Below, piece after piece: positions 1 to 8,043 of a stretch of DNA of 41,081 nucleotides. The stretch comes from a virus. Lineage: Duplodnaviria > Caudoviricetes. Made by a program: the position numbers and the translations under genes. How positions within the stretch are numbered: the stretch's first letter is position 1; each line of letters opens with the position of its first letter. The notes below the pieces were generated by a model. That model had not been told where the DNA came from, searched no databases, and was given only the letters and a program-made list of their open reading frames with translations. The DNA lies in IMG/VR virus record IMGVR_UViG_3300027733_000094, positions 1 to 41,081 of that record. One strand, 5' to 3'.

Positions 1-129
1 ACCAGCAGTGATTGTAGTTCCACCGAGTAGGGCTGAACCCGATACCACAGTCGCTGATGTACCAGATGAGGTAAGGGCGCCAGTCAGCGTTGTCTGCTGC
101 GAGCGAGATGAATATTTTCTAGTTGTCAT
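1..129 (-). CDS. Partial duplicate: 5' end of tail fibre gene (runs off window edge)
   Basis: Same sequence as 40377..40505 ([12 protein letters not shown]...), ATG at 129. Confidence 0.85.
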   Translation of the reverse strand, partial: MTTRKYSSRSQQTTLTGALTSSGTSATVVSGSALLGGTTITAG

Positions 130-705
130 TGCTGGTCCTTATCGGCGGGAGTAGTGGACTTTAGGTGGATAATTCTGTTGCTGTGCTTTTGTCTCTTCAT
201 TAAGACGCTGTGTGTAAAGAGCATAGAGTTGCTTAGTCGCACTCTGTGATGCACCATAAGGGCGCTTAGAGTCTGTCTCGTCAGCCTGTGGGCTAACCTG
301 TGCAGCACGTGCTGGGTCTAGGAATGAAAGCAAGCGATAGGCTGTACCAAGAATCACTACGTCCCGCGTTGATTCTGGCAATCCTGTTACTGTTGTATAA
401 ACTTCTGAATTGCTTGTGAAGGGTGATGGGTCTGTTGTATAGACAACCTTGACTGTGCGACCAGAAATAGGTGCTTCGCCTAATGTGATTGTCTGTACGA
501 CATCTGTACCGCTGGTATAACTAAATGCCTCAGGGTTTGCTACTGAGTCAAGGTCCCACTTACGAATTGGAACCCACTCTTTAGTTGGTCCAATGCTTTG
601 CCACGATACTGTCAAGATGTTCTTGATGTTTAAGTTAGCGAAAGCATAGGTAGACACTGCAGCATTAAAGGTAAATGTTGTTGACTTGACTGCAAAGATG
701 TTTGC
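1..705. repeat. Left copy of imperfect terminal direct repeat (matches 40377..41081)
   Basis: Ungapped alignment at offset 40376; first 99 nt identical; manual count of 72 mismatches in 705 nt (~90% identity). Confidence 0.95.
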
Positions 706-1074
706 ACGAAGAGAGCGAATTGTGTCATTTATTGCACGTTTGACGCTGAAGCGTGGGAAGGTAGGAGAAATAGTTACCTTCGCATCAGCAGCGTGTGTTG
801 CTGCAGTTGTACCAAGATATCCACGACCATATGGAGATACTGTTGCAGTATTTGCTACGCGGTCAAATGAATCTACCCATAGCAACTCTTCATCAATCTC
901 AAGGATACCCTTACCTACTGAGTCAGTTGATGCAAGACTCAGAATAAGTGGTGATGCACTTGTTGATGTGGTTGTACTTACCGCAGATGTAATGTAGGTA
1001 CTGCGGTCTTGTTGAAAGGTATATCCAGCAAGATTGACCAGCACTTCATCAATCATATTAGTTAGAGTTGTCAT
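139..1074 (-). CDS. Virion structural protein, probable head-tail adaptor
   Basis: 311 aa; helical N- and C-termini flanking a Thr/Ser-rich beta region; lies between capsid cluster and tail fibre. Function inferred from position. Confidence 0.5.
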   Translation of the reverse strand: MTTLTNMIDEVLVNLAGYTFQQDRSTYITSAVSTTTSTSASPLILSLASTDSVGKGILEIDEELLWVDSFDRVANTATVSPYGRGYLGTTAATHAADAKVTISPTFPRFSVKRAINDTIRSLRANIFAVKSTTFTFNAAVSTYAFANLNIKNILTVSWQSIGPTKEWVPIRKWDLDSVANPEAFSYTSGTDVVQTITLGEAPISGRTVKVVYTTDPSPFTSNSEVYTTVTGLPESTRDVVILGTAYRLLSFLDPARAAQVSPQADETDSKRPYGASQSATKQLYALYTQRLNEETKAQQQNYPPKVHYSRR

Positions 1075-1328
1075 TAGGCGTTGATGCTCCTTAGCGCTGC
1101 AGGGGCTGCAAGCCCAGTTGTTCCAGCAAGTTCATTACAAATTCCGTTAAGACTTTTAAATTTGTCTCTTGTGCGCGAAGAAGATGCTTTAATGTTCAAA
1201 GCCCCTACTACACCAAGTCCAGTGGTACCAGCATACACATTAGCAGCGCCTTGGCTATCAAGCCCAGTAGTTCCTGCTAGCCTGTTAAGTTCTGTTGCAA
1301 GCGTGCTGCCCGCTTTTCCTAGTGCCAT
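1074..1328 (-). CDS. Small protein with three AGTTGL repeats
   Basis: 84 aa; LAGTTGL / YAGTTGL / LAGTTGL; TAATG coupling to the next gene; GGAAGG upstream. Confidence 0.75.
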   Translation of the reverse strand: MALGKAGSTLATELNRLAGTTGLDSQGAANVYAGTTGLGVVGALNIKASSSRTRDKFKSLNGICNELAGTTGLAAPAALRSINA

Positions 1329-1340
1329 TGTTAGCCTTCC

Positions 1341-2054
1341 TTAGCGTTTTGGTACGATTAAATTTGATTTCTTCTGGGCTTGATTGCCACCGAAGAATGC
1401 TTTGTAGTAGTGCTCATCAAAAGAGAAGCGCTTCATATGTGGAACTGTGGCACCCGTATGACACCACACTGGAACTTCAGCCTTATCGCATAGGGCAAAG
1501 AAATAGATATCTTCTCCCATAAAAGACTTATCAACACCAACTTCAGTAAAGAGTGGAGCACCAGGTATTGTTTCTAAAATCTTAGTTATTGCATTTTTGT
1601 GCATAAGAACAAATCCCATACCTGCTGCACCTACTTGAATAAATTCATTTTCAGGCAAAGGGTGGATTCTTTGAATACCAATTGTTCCAGGTTTTTCTGC
1701 AAACTTAAATACTGTTGGTAGTGGAACCATTAATGGGTCTTCTGGTGTATCTGTTGTAAAATATACGCCAGTTACAATTGGACGCTTTTCAGCATCTTTG
1801 TTATCCCATAGTAATTTGAATTTATCAACACTGATAACCACATCTGAGTCAACCCAAAGCAGCCAGTCAGACTTGTTTTTTTCATACCAATATCTGATTA
1901 CTTTCTCACGCTGTCGAGCAATTTGATTGCCCTGACTGCGAAGCGATGTATCAAATGTAATACCAGATTTGAGTAACACGTCGGTTACTCCGTGCATAAA
2001 CTTTCCGTCTACATTACCGTTATCGCACCAAGCGATTGATACTGTTTCTTGCAT
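1341..2054 (-). CDS. GT-A fold (family 2-like) glycosyltransferase
   Basis: DxD motif in WLLWVDSD, IARQRE, GAAGMGFVL and GEDIYF are typical of phage GT2-like proteins; ATG at 2054 follows GGGGACA (ORF track begins at 2063). Confidence 0.8.
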   Translation of the reverse strand: MQETVSIAWCDNGNVDGKFMHGVTDVLLKSGITFDTSLRSQGNQIARQREKVIRYWYEKNKSDWLLWVDSDVVISVDKFKLLWDNKDAEKRPIVTGVYFTTDTPEDPLMVPLPTVFKFAEKPGTIGIQRIHPLPENEFIQVGAAGMGFVLMHKNAITKILETIPGAPLFTEVGVDKSFMGEDIYFFALCDKAEVPVWCHTGATVPHMKRFSFDEHYYKAFFGGNQAQKKSNLIVPKR

Positions 2055-2069
2055 TGTCCCCACCTTTGT

Positions 2070-2225
2070 TTACTTTTTCTTTGCTCTTGCGTTGTCAACT
2101 AGATTTGGATAAGGGCGTCCAGCCTTCTTAGCCATAGCCTTAGCCTTTGTCTTCTGAACAGGCGTAAGAGGTGTTGACTTTTTGTTAGGATTCTTTTTAT
2201 CCCAAAATGCTACTTTCTTTGCCAT
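2070..2225 (-). CDS. Small basic protein (51 aa)
   Basis: Translated by hand: MAKKVAFWDKKNPNKKSTPLTPVQKTKAKAMAKKAGRPYPNLVDNARAKKK; TAATG coupling at 2225. Confidence 0.75.
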   Translation of the reverse strand: MAKKVAFWDKKNPNKKSTPLTPVQKTKAKAMAKKAGRPYPNLVDNARAKKK

Positions 2226-2377
2226 TACTTTGTTTTCTTTGCTTTAGGTTTTGTGTGAGTAAGAACTTTGCTACTGGCTGTGTGCTTTGCACCTGTATGG
2301 ACTTGTCCATTCATCTTGTGCACAGAACCTGTGTATTCTTTTCCACTCTTAAGATAATGTTTAGTTCCTTTAGCCAT
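2225..2377 (-). CDS. Small basic His/Lys-rich protein (50 aa)
   Basis: MAKGTKHYLKSGKEYTGSVHKMNGQVHTGAKHTASSKVLTHTKPKAKKTK; TAATG overlaps at both ends. Confidence 0.75.
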   Translation of the reverse strand: MAKGTKHYLKSGKEYTGSVHKMNGQVHTGAKHTASSKVLTHTKPKAKKTK

Positions 2378-2634
2378 TACCATTTAACCTTATCTGCCCA
2401 ATATGCGGCACTCATCTTGCCCTTAGCAATGTTCTTTGCGTGACGTGCCTTGAATGAAGCCTGTCGTGCTGTTGGCTTTTTATCTCCAGTTACGCCCTGC
2501 TGACCAAAGCGAATAGTCTTGACCTGCTCACCCGTTTTAGCCACAACAACGTGCGACTTGGTTGGATGACTTGGTGTGCGCTTAGGTTTATTAAAGCCTG
2601 ACACTCCTGCTCGCTTTAGTCGTGGGTCTTGCAT
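2377..2634 (-). CDS. Small basic protein, DUF5754-like
   Basis: 85 aa; IRFGQQG...SFKARH...SAAYWADKVKW pattern of a widespread small phage family (recalled, not searched). Confidence 0.7.
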   Translation of the reverse strand: MQDPRLKRAGVSGFNKPKRTPSHPTKSHVVVAKTGEQVKTIRFGQQGVTGDKKPTARQASFKARHAKNIAKGKMSAAYWADKVKW

Positions 2635-2849
2635 TACTTACCCTGACGATATAACTTGGCTACATTCTTTGCTGCTGGTGTTCCTGTAGTGGTACCAGAT
2701 GTGGTGCGAGCCTTCGCCGCCTTTTGTGCTAAATAGTCTGCACGAAGTTGCTTGAGTTGACCTGGTAAAGCCTTTTTATCTTTTGCTGTTTCAGCAGTAT
2801 CAACAAGCCAAGAACGCTTGTTATCATAAGAGTCATATAGTGTTGCCAT
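2634..2849 (-). CDS. Small basic hypothetical protein (71 aa)
   Basis: ATG at 2849 lies just after the upstream stop; MATLYDSYDNKRSW... Confidence 0.7.
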   Translation of the reverse strand: MATLYDSYDNKRSWLVDTAETAKDKKALPGQLKQLRADYLAQKAAKARTTSGTTTGTPAAKNVAKLYRQGK

Positions 2850-2850
2850 T

Positions 2851-3030
2851 TTACTTGCCCTTCTTCTTTGTTTTGCCTGCTTCAGATAAAGCAATAGCAA
2901 TTGCTTGCTTTCTATTCTTTACAACTGGAGCCTTCTTTGGTCCCTTGGGGTTAACTCCACCGTGAAGAGTTCCACGCTTGAATTCACCCATAACCTTTGC
3001 AACTTTCTTAGTTGCTGCAGTCTTCTTCAT
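2851..3030 (-). CDS. Small basic protein, DUF6496-like (59 aa)
   Basis: MKKTAATKKVAKVMGEFKRGTLHGG...KNRKQAIAIALSEAGK; KVMxE(F/Y)KxGxLH and QAIAIALSEA signature. Confidence 0.75.
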   Translation of the reverse strand: MKKTAATKKVAKVMGEFKRGTLHGGVNPKGPKKAPVVKNRKQAIAIALSEAGKTKKKGK

Positions 3031-3230
3031 TACTGACCTGGCTTCCCAAATGAATTTTCTTTCTTGCGCTTTACTTCAAGAGCAAGGGTAGCCTTAAGAA
3101 GTTGTTCACGACGAGGTGTTGTATTCAATGGTGACATACGTGTTGGCGCAGGCTTTGGCAATGGTGTAATTGATGGTGTCACCTTAGTCATTGTTTTCAT
3201 TCGGTCAAGCATTGGCTTTGGTGTTGGCAT
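3030..3230 (-). CDS. Small Pro/Lys-rich hypothetical protein
   Basis: 66-aa ORF tightly packed between neighbours. Confidence 0.65.
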   Translation of the reverse strand: MPTPKPMLDRMKTMTKVTPSITPLPKPAPTRMSPLNTTPRREQLLKATLALEVKRKKENSFGKPGQ

Positions 3231-3359
3231 TTACTTCTTCTTGCCCATTTTCTTAGGAGCAGCCTTCTTCATAGACTTTTTGCCCATCTTCATTTCTTTC
3301 ATTTTCATAGACTTAGATTCCATCTTTTCGCCCATTGCATATGCTTTGTTCTTCATCAT
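3231..3359 (-). CDS. Met/Lys-rich micro-protein (42 aa)
   Basis: MMKNKAYAMGEKMESKSMKMKEMKMGKKSMKKAAPKKMGKKK; GGGAG upstream, TAATG coupling. Confidence 0.7.
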   Translation of the reverse strand: MMKNKAYAMGEKMESKSMKMKEMKMGKKSMKKAAPKKMGKKK

Positions 3360-3673
3360 TATATTGCTCCCAGTTCTTTGAGTACTTCGGTTGATTTTTT
3401 ATTTATATCTTTTGTCTTTGGCATTGTCTCGGAGTTGTACGCCTTACCCAATGTTGCTGACGCTTCATATGCTGCCTCTACGTGGGCACGTGTTGTGCCC
3501 GCTGGCTGTATTCCTTGTGCTCTTGCATCTCGGTAAGCCTGCAATTCAGATGTCCACTTCTTATCAGAAATGTCTCTGGTTGCATCACCAGTTCCTAGTT
3601 CAAGAGTTCCTATCTTGCAACCAAAGCATCCTTCAACATACTCTGGATGTGCCTGTATTTGATGTAGATTCAT
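3359..3673 (-). CDS. Hypothetical protein with His/CxxC metal-binding motif
   Basis: 104 aa; HQIQAHPEYVEGCFGC; AAGGGACA upstream. Confidence 0.75.
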   Translation of the reverse strand: MNLHQIQAHPEYVEGCFGCKIGTLELGTGDATRDISDKKWTSELQAYRDARAQGIQPAGTTRAHVEAAYEASATLGKAYNSETMPKTKDINKKSTEVLKELGAI

Positions 3674-3680
3674 TTGTCCC

Positions 3681-3950
3681 TTACTGTGCTGTGAAATTTG
3701 CCTCTGTTACTCCGACCCCACCAGCGATTAACTCAGCCTTGGCTGTGTCACCCACTGTGTATTCATAGCCACCACGATAAACAACATCGTAATTGAGAAG
3801 GTCTGAGTCAACTGCAAACCTTAGTGTTGAGTAGGTAGCACCAGATTTAACAACAGTTATTCCTTTGCGAAGATTGGCAAAGTAAAACAATCTATGTTTA
3901 CCTGATGGACCCTCAAGAGCATAAGGTGTCTTGAATGTATAATTTGCCAT
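3681..3950 (-). CDS. Hypothetical, probably virion-associated protein
   Basis: 89 aa; AAGGAG RBS; first gene after the major capsid gene. Confidence 0.7.
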   Translation of the reverse strand: MANYTFKTPYALEGPSGKHRLFYFANLRKGITVVKSGATYSTLRFAVDSDLLNYDVVYRGGYEYTVGDTAKAELIAGGVGVTEANFTAQ

Positions 3951-3973
3951 TAGTTCTCCTTAATGAACTTACT

Positions 3974-4001
3974 GATGAGGCTAGGTTTCCCTAGCCCCAC
4001 C
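3974..4001 (-). terminator. GNRA-capped hairpin after major capsid gene (terminator or mRNA stabiliser)
   Basis: Minus strand GGTGGGGCTAGG-GAAA-CCTAGCCTCATC; 12-bp stem with G-U pairs; no U-tract. Confidence 0.6.
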
Positions 4002-4011
4002 CGTCAATCAA

Positions 4012-4965
4012 CTAAGCGATTGATGAACCTGATTCGATTCGGTATAGTGCTTCTTCGCGGTAGCGAGCAAAGCCAAGTACGCCGTACCAACCCATTGGGC
4101 GGTGACGCATCAACTTGTCCACGACTGGTCCGATGACTACGTGTGGTTCTTCAGCAACTGCTTCTGCAAGCGCTTGCTGTCCGCAGATGATTGTGCGGTA
4201 GTTACGAGCAGATGATGCACCGTCTGTAGCATTGTATAGACGTGCTGACTCTACGAAGTATGCACCTTCGTATGTGCCAATTTCTCCTGCCCAGATACGG
4301 TCTTGTGCAGAGCCGTATTGGTTTGGAAGAAGCCATCCTGCTGAACCTGTCTCAGCACGAAGGTCGTGTGAAACTTCTGGGTGGATACCAGCCCAGTATA
4401 GTGAACCCTTGCGGGCAACTGTCTTATTTGCACGTAACTTTGCAACAGCCTTACGGATGTTAGCAGAAGATAGTGTTGCAGCAGCAGTAATTGTTGCTGT
4501 TGATGTTGCAGTTGAACCTGAGTAGATTACGTTGGTTCCCTGACGAAGTGTTGTCATTGCAACTGAGTCGATTGAATCTGCAAGGTTGAATGCGATGATG
4601 TTAGCAATTGCTGGGTCTACATCAGCGAGGCTGAAGAGTTCCAACGCACGTGTTACAAGAACAGAGTTACCGTACTCGTTAAGAGTAATGGTTACTGATG
4701 TTGGTGTTGACATTGCTACTGCATCTGGGTCAGTATCTTCTGTGAGTGCAGTTGTTGCTGCTGAAAGGTCGACGTAGCGCTGTAGAACTACTGTTGAGCC
4801 TGGGACTGACTGGTTTGCTGGGCGCTTGTCTGCGACTGAGCGAATGAGTGGCTCTGAACGGAGTGCGAACTCCAAGAGACGGTCATAAGCCTTCTGTACA
4901 AGACCAGCAGCACCAGCGGTACCTCCGAGTGAGGAGGAACCCGTGGTTACGTATGTGTTTGCCAT
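4012..4965 (-). CDS. Major capsid protein, N4-gp56 family
   Basis: 317 aa; VTITLNEYGN, GIHPEVSHDLR, GEIGTYEGAYFVES, DKLMRHRPMGWYG; follows scaffold; AAGGA RBS. Confidence 0.9.
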   Translation of the reverse strand: MANTYVTTGSSSLGGTAGAAGLVQKAYDRLLEFALRSEPLIRSVADKRPANQSVPGSTVVLQRYVDLSAATTALTEDTDPDAVAMSTPTSVTITLNEYGNSVLVTRALELFSLADVDPAIANIIAFNLADSIDSVAMTTLRQGTNVIYSGSTATSTATITAAATLSSANIRKAVAKLRANKTVARKGSLYWAGIHPEVSHDLRAETGSAGWLLPNQYGSAQDRIWAGEIGTYEGAYFVESARLYNATDGASSARNYRTIICGQQALAEAVAEEPHVVIGPVVDKLMRHRPMGWYGVLGFARYREEALYRIESGSSIA

Positions 4966-5003
4966 TTAGGTTTATTCCTTAGTGTTAGAAACTATGATTG
5001 GAT

Positions 5004-5483
5004 TTATTGCGAACGGAGAACATTCAAGAAATCTTCCAGGTTATCTGCCTGGTCCATTCTCAAGTTAAGGCTCTCTGCTCTGTCGGGTGTTAATGCACCC
5101 TGAGTCATAACATCCTGCTGACGCAATGCAGCACGGTCTGTTTCACTCGCTTGCGGTGCTTCCTGGGTACTTGTAAGCCCGAACAAATCTCCGTTATCTT
5201 CTAGCCAGGTATTAACTGACTCTTCAGATACATCGTCGATGTCCTTGAGGATTAGTCGTACTGCTTTAGGATTCACACCCTTTTTTTCTAGGACTTCTTT
5301 GACGGTTCGCTCACGCTGCGACTTGGATAATCCCTCAAGTTGCTCAGTGAGTTCCTTAATTCTTTTCTCGTCACTACGCTTGGCTTTTCGCAACTTCTTT
5401 AAGAGGTCGCTTCCATCCATTTGTGTTTCCGATACATCAGTATCGAGGTCATCGTCTTCTTCATCCCAGTAGTTGTTGCTCAT
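5004..5483 (-). CDS. Capsid scaffolding protein
   Basis: Acidic N-terminus plus coiled coil, directly upstream of MCP; ATG at 5483 chosen (GAAGGGTGG upstream). Confidence 0.7.
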   Translation of the reverse strand: MSNNYWDEEDDDLDTDVSETQMDGSDLLKKLRKAKRSDEKRIKELTEQLEGLSKSQRERTVKEVLEKKGVNPKAVRLILKDIDDVSEESVNTWLEDNGDLFGLTSTQEAPQASETDRAALRQQDVMTQGALTPDRAESLNLRMDQADNLEDFLNVLRSQ

Positions 5484-5515
5484 AGCAACTGCCACCCTTC
5501 TCTATTAGTTAGTTC

Positions 5516-5598
5516 GCAAGCCTCAGGTTCCAATCGGGGAATCGGTCTGGCTCTTACTACCAGTCTTTTACGCTGACGGGGCTGGTGGGTCCGTTCAG
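5516..5598 (-). ncRNA. Candidate structured leader RNA (H-type pseudoknot plus hairpin) upstream of scaffold/capsid
   Basis: CTGAACGG/CCGTCAG stem whose loop ACCAG can pair with CTGGT after an A-rich linker; second stem ends CCGATT-CCCC-GATTGG. Confidence 0.5.
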
Positions 5599-5610
5599 GA
5601 TTCTATTTGT

Positions 5611-6936
5611 TTAGAAGGACTGTGCTCTGCGTGATGAGGCTAGAGTTGCAATCCCAGCCTTACCTCTAAAGCGATTCTCTTCTTGTGTTCCTAGTTGTTC
5701 AAGTGCAGTAAGTTCTTTTGCTTTCTTACCTAGGACAGCGTTTGTCAAGCCAGTAACACCCATAGATGTTGTGCCTGAAATTTCAGCAAGTTTCTGTTCT
5801 GTGGTTCTGGCTTGTGCTACTTGAGCAAATCCACTAAGTGTGTTTGCATATGTTCCACCACCTGCGGCTAGGTTGCCAGCAATATCTTCGGTGATTCCAC
5901 CAGTAAGAGTGTTGGCTCCAATGCCTTGTGTCTCTGCTGCAGCAAGAACTTCATATCCTTGAATCTTCTTCTCAAGTTCCTTGGCTGTCTTATCTCCACC
6001 AAGTAATGCAGTAGCAAGTTGTGTTCTATCCACTGTTGGGAAGAATCGAGTTAAGGTATCCTTGATTTCTTTTGGAGCCTGGTCGATGCGGTCAAACACT
6101 GTAGTAATTCTATTTGCAAACTCTGTTGCTGATACACCCTTACCGATTACATCTCCAAGGAATGATTCTGTAGCCAGAGTAGATAGTCCAGTTCCGCGTA
6201 AGATGTCACCCATCTTTGATTCTGTTGCAAAGTACTCAGCAATCGTAGGTACATCAATTGCAGAACCCTTTACCTTCATATCCTGAAGTGCATAGATTCC
6301 CTTGAAACGGTCAGTAAATGGCTTCATTGTTGGGTCATTGCGTGATGACTGAAGAGCAAGGTTAAATGATTCGTCTACTGTTGAACCAGTCTTATAGAAA
6401 CTTGAGATTGACTTATATAGTCCGTCAACCCAAGGCTTAGTCATTTCAGCCTGACCAAAGAAAATTGCAAGAGTGTTCTTAAATGTATCAACTGCAAGGG
6501 TTGGTGCAGTAGGTACTGCTGGAAGCGTTCCAGTTACATCGCTTCCTGTAATATTAGAACCAGTTGCATTGCCTGTTACATTGCCTCCGCCTACAGCGGG
6601 TGCAGATACAGCATCATTATAAAGTTTATATTCTGTGCCAATCCAGGTCCAGTGTGTTCCTGCTGGAGCAGCATACGGTGGACCAGCATCTTTGTTAGCC
6701 TGATTAGCAGCAACACGTGTTGTTGGGGTTACCACTGCAGGTGTTGCGACAGGAGTAGATACTGGTGGAGTAAACACTGGCATTGATGTTGCTGTCATAC
6801 CAAGTACTTTGTTTACCAAAGCATTTGCATCTGCCACTGCCTTATCTGCTGCAATATCTGCTGCTGTAGAATAAGAAGGAGATAGGGAAATTCTAGCCCG
6901 TAGTCTGTTGTCTGAATCGTCAGGTGCAATAGCCAT
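5611..6936 (-). CDS. Putative internal virion/ejection protein
   Basis: 441 aa; low-complexity N-terminus, helical remainder; third of three large genes between portal and scaffold. Confidence 0.5.
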   Translation of the reverse strand: MAIAPDDSDNRLRARISLSPSYSTAADIAADKAVADANALVNKVLGMTATSMPVFTPPVSTPVATPAVVTPTTRVAANQANKDAGPPYAAPAGTHWTWIGTEYKLYNDAVSAPAVGGGNVTGNATGSNITGSDVTGTLPAVPTAPTLAVDTFKNTLAIFFGQAEMTKPWVDGLYKSISSFYKTGSTVDESFNLALQSSRNDPTMKPFTDRFKGIYALQDMKVKGSAIDVPTIAEYFATESKMGDILRGTGLSTLATESFLGDVIGKGVSATEFANRITTVFDRIDQAPKEIKDTLTRFFPTVDRTQLATALLGGDKTAKELEKKIQGYEVLAAAETQGIGANTLTGGITEDIAGNLAAGGGTYANTLSGFAQVAQARTTEQKLAEISGTTSMGVTGLTNAVLGKKAKELTALEQLGTQEENRFRGKAGIATLASSRRAQSF

Positions 6937-8043
6937 TTATACTCCAAATCCCATTGCTCGTGCAGTACCAACTGCGGCATCTCTTGCCTCAAGGTTTGCT
7001 GCTCTGGTTTTTTCACGATTAGGGTGGTTGATTGCAAAGTCGTAAACTTCTGCAATAGACGCTGCTGGCTTCTTGCCAGTGACATCATTGTTTAGAAAGC
7101 GCATAACATTTGGGTCATCAAGATTGAATGCGGTTGAATCCATTTCCCAAACCTTGGATAGTGTTCCAATGATTGGTTCAGCAATATCAAACATAGTCAG
7201 TTTAGGGTTAGACGCTAAACGTTCGGCATATGCTGGGTAAAGTTTCTGTGCCTTTGTTGAAAGGTCTGCAGTAAGGTCTTCAAGTGTCTTAACACCTGAT
7301 GCGATATCAATACTGTATTGATTAATTTCTTTTGAACTAAGGTTATTGATTCCATAGTTCCTAACCAATGTTTTTACATTCGCAACTTGCTTGATTGCAG
7401 ATGATGGAAGAGTTTTTGTATCTCCGATATTAACCTTAGCCCAAATGAATGATTCAGTAAATGTCTTGGGGTCAAATAATGATGGAGTAATTATAGTCTC
7501 ATACCCACCAGTAGTTGCCTTGCGGGTGGTTGACTTACCAGAAGCACCAGCCTCGGTATTAATCTTAGCAAGAAAATCTACTTTGTCTTCTTCAGAAAGA
7601 AGTGCTGCATCAAAACCAATTGATTTAGAAATCTTGCTTAAAAGTGCATCAGATACAATTCTGTCATACTGGGTAATCGTAGAAGTCAGTCCAGTATTGC
7701 CAGGATTGTTCTGAGTCATTACATCAAGAACATCCCAAGGTGACTGCTTCTTGCCCTGCTTAAATGCTGCTACAGCGCCATCAACAATGTCATTCCATAG
7801 GTTCTGACGAGCAGAATCTGTAGGTTGACGGTTGGCTACTCCTAGTAAGTATTCAGTCAGGCTTACCTGGGCAGATGTAGGAAGTTTTGCAAAAGACTTT
7901 TTGATAATAGAAGCCTCAGCCTTGACAAGATTTCCCTTGCCGTCTGGCATCCAGATATAAGTCTTTTCTTGCTTACTTCCCTTAGGGGGAACAATTATTG
8001 TACCGCCACCCGCTGGTGGTGGTGTGGCTGCTGGACCTGCCAT
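6937..8043 (-). CDS. Putative internal virion/ejection protein
   Basis: 368 aa; helical, coupled to the 1938-aa gene. Confidence 0.5.
   Translation of the reverse strand: MAGPAATPPPAGGGTIIVPPKGSKQEKTYIWMPDGKGNLVKAEASIIKKSFAKLPTSAQVSLTEYLLGVANRQPTDSARQNLWNDIVDGAVAAFKQGKKQSPWDVLDVMTQNNPGNTGLTSTITQYDRIVSDALLSKISKSIGFDAALLSEEDKVDFLAKINTEAGASGKSTTRKATTGGYETIITPSLFDPKTFTESFIWAKVNIGDTKTLPSSAIKQVANVKTLVRNYGINNLSSKEINQYSIDIASGVKTLEDLTADLSTKAQKLYPAYAERLASNPKLTMFDIAEPIIGTLSKVWEMDSTAFNLDDPNVMRFLNNDVTGKKPAASIAEVYDFAINHPNREKTRAANLEARDAAVGTARAMGFGV

Noticed and set aside
139-705. Diversity-generating retroelement TR/VR pair (1..705 versus 40377..41081)
   Set aside because: Mismatches involve all bases and are mostly synonymous, both copies are coding, and no reverse transcriptase is present.
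5557-5613. Pseudoknot-stimulated stop readthrough of the 441-aa gene
   Set aside because: An in-frame TAG follows 17 codons later, so no fusion to scaffold would result.
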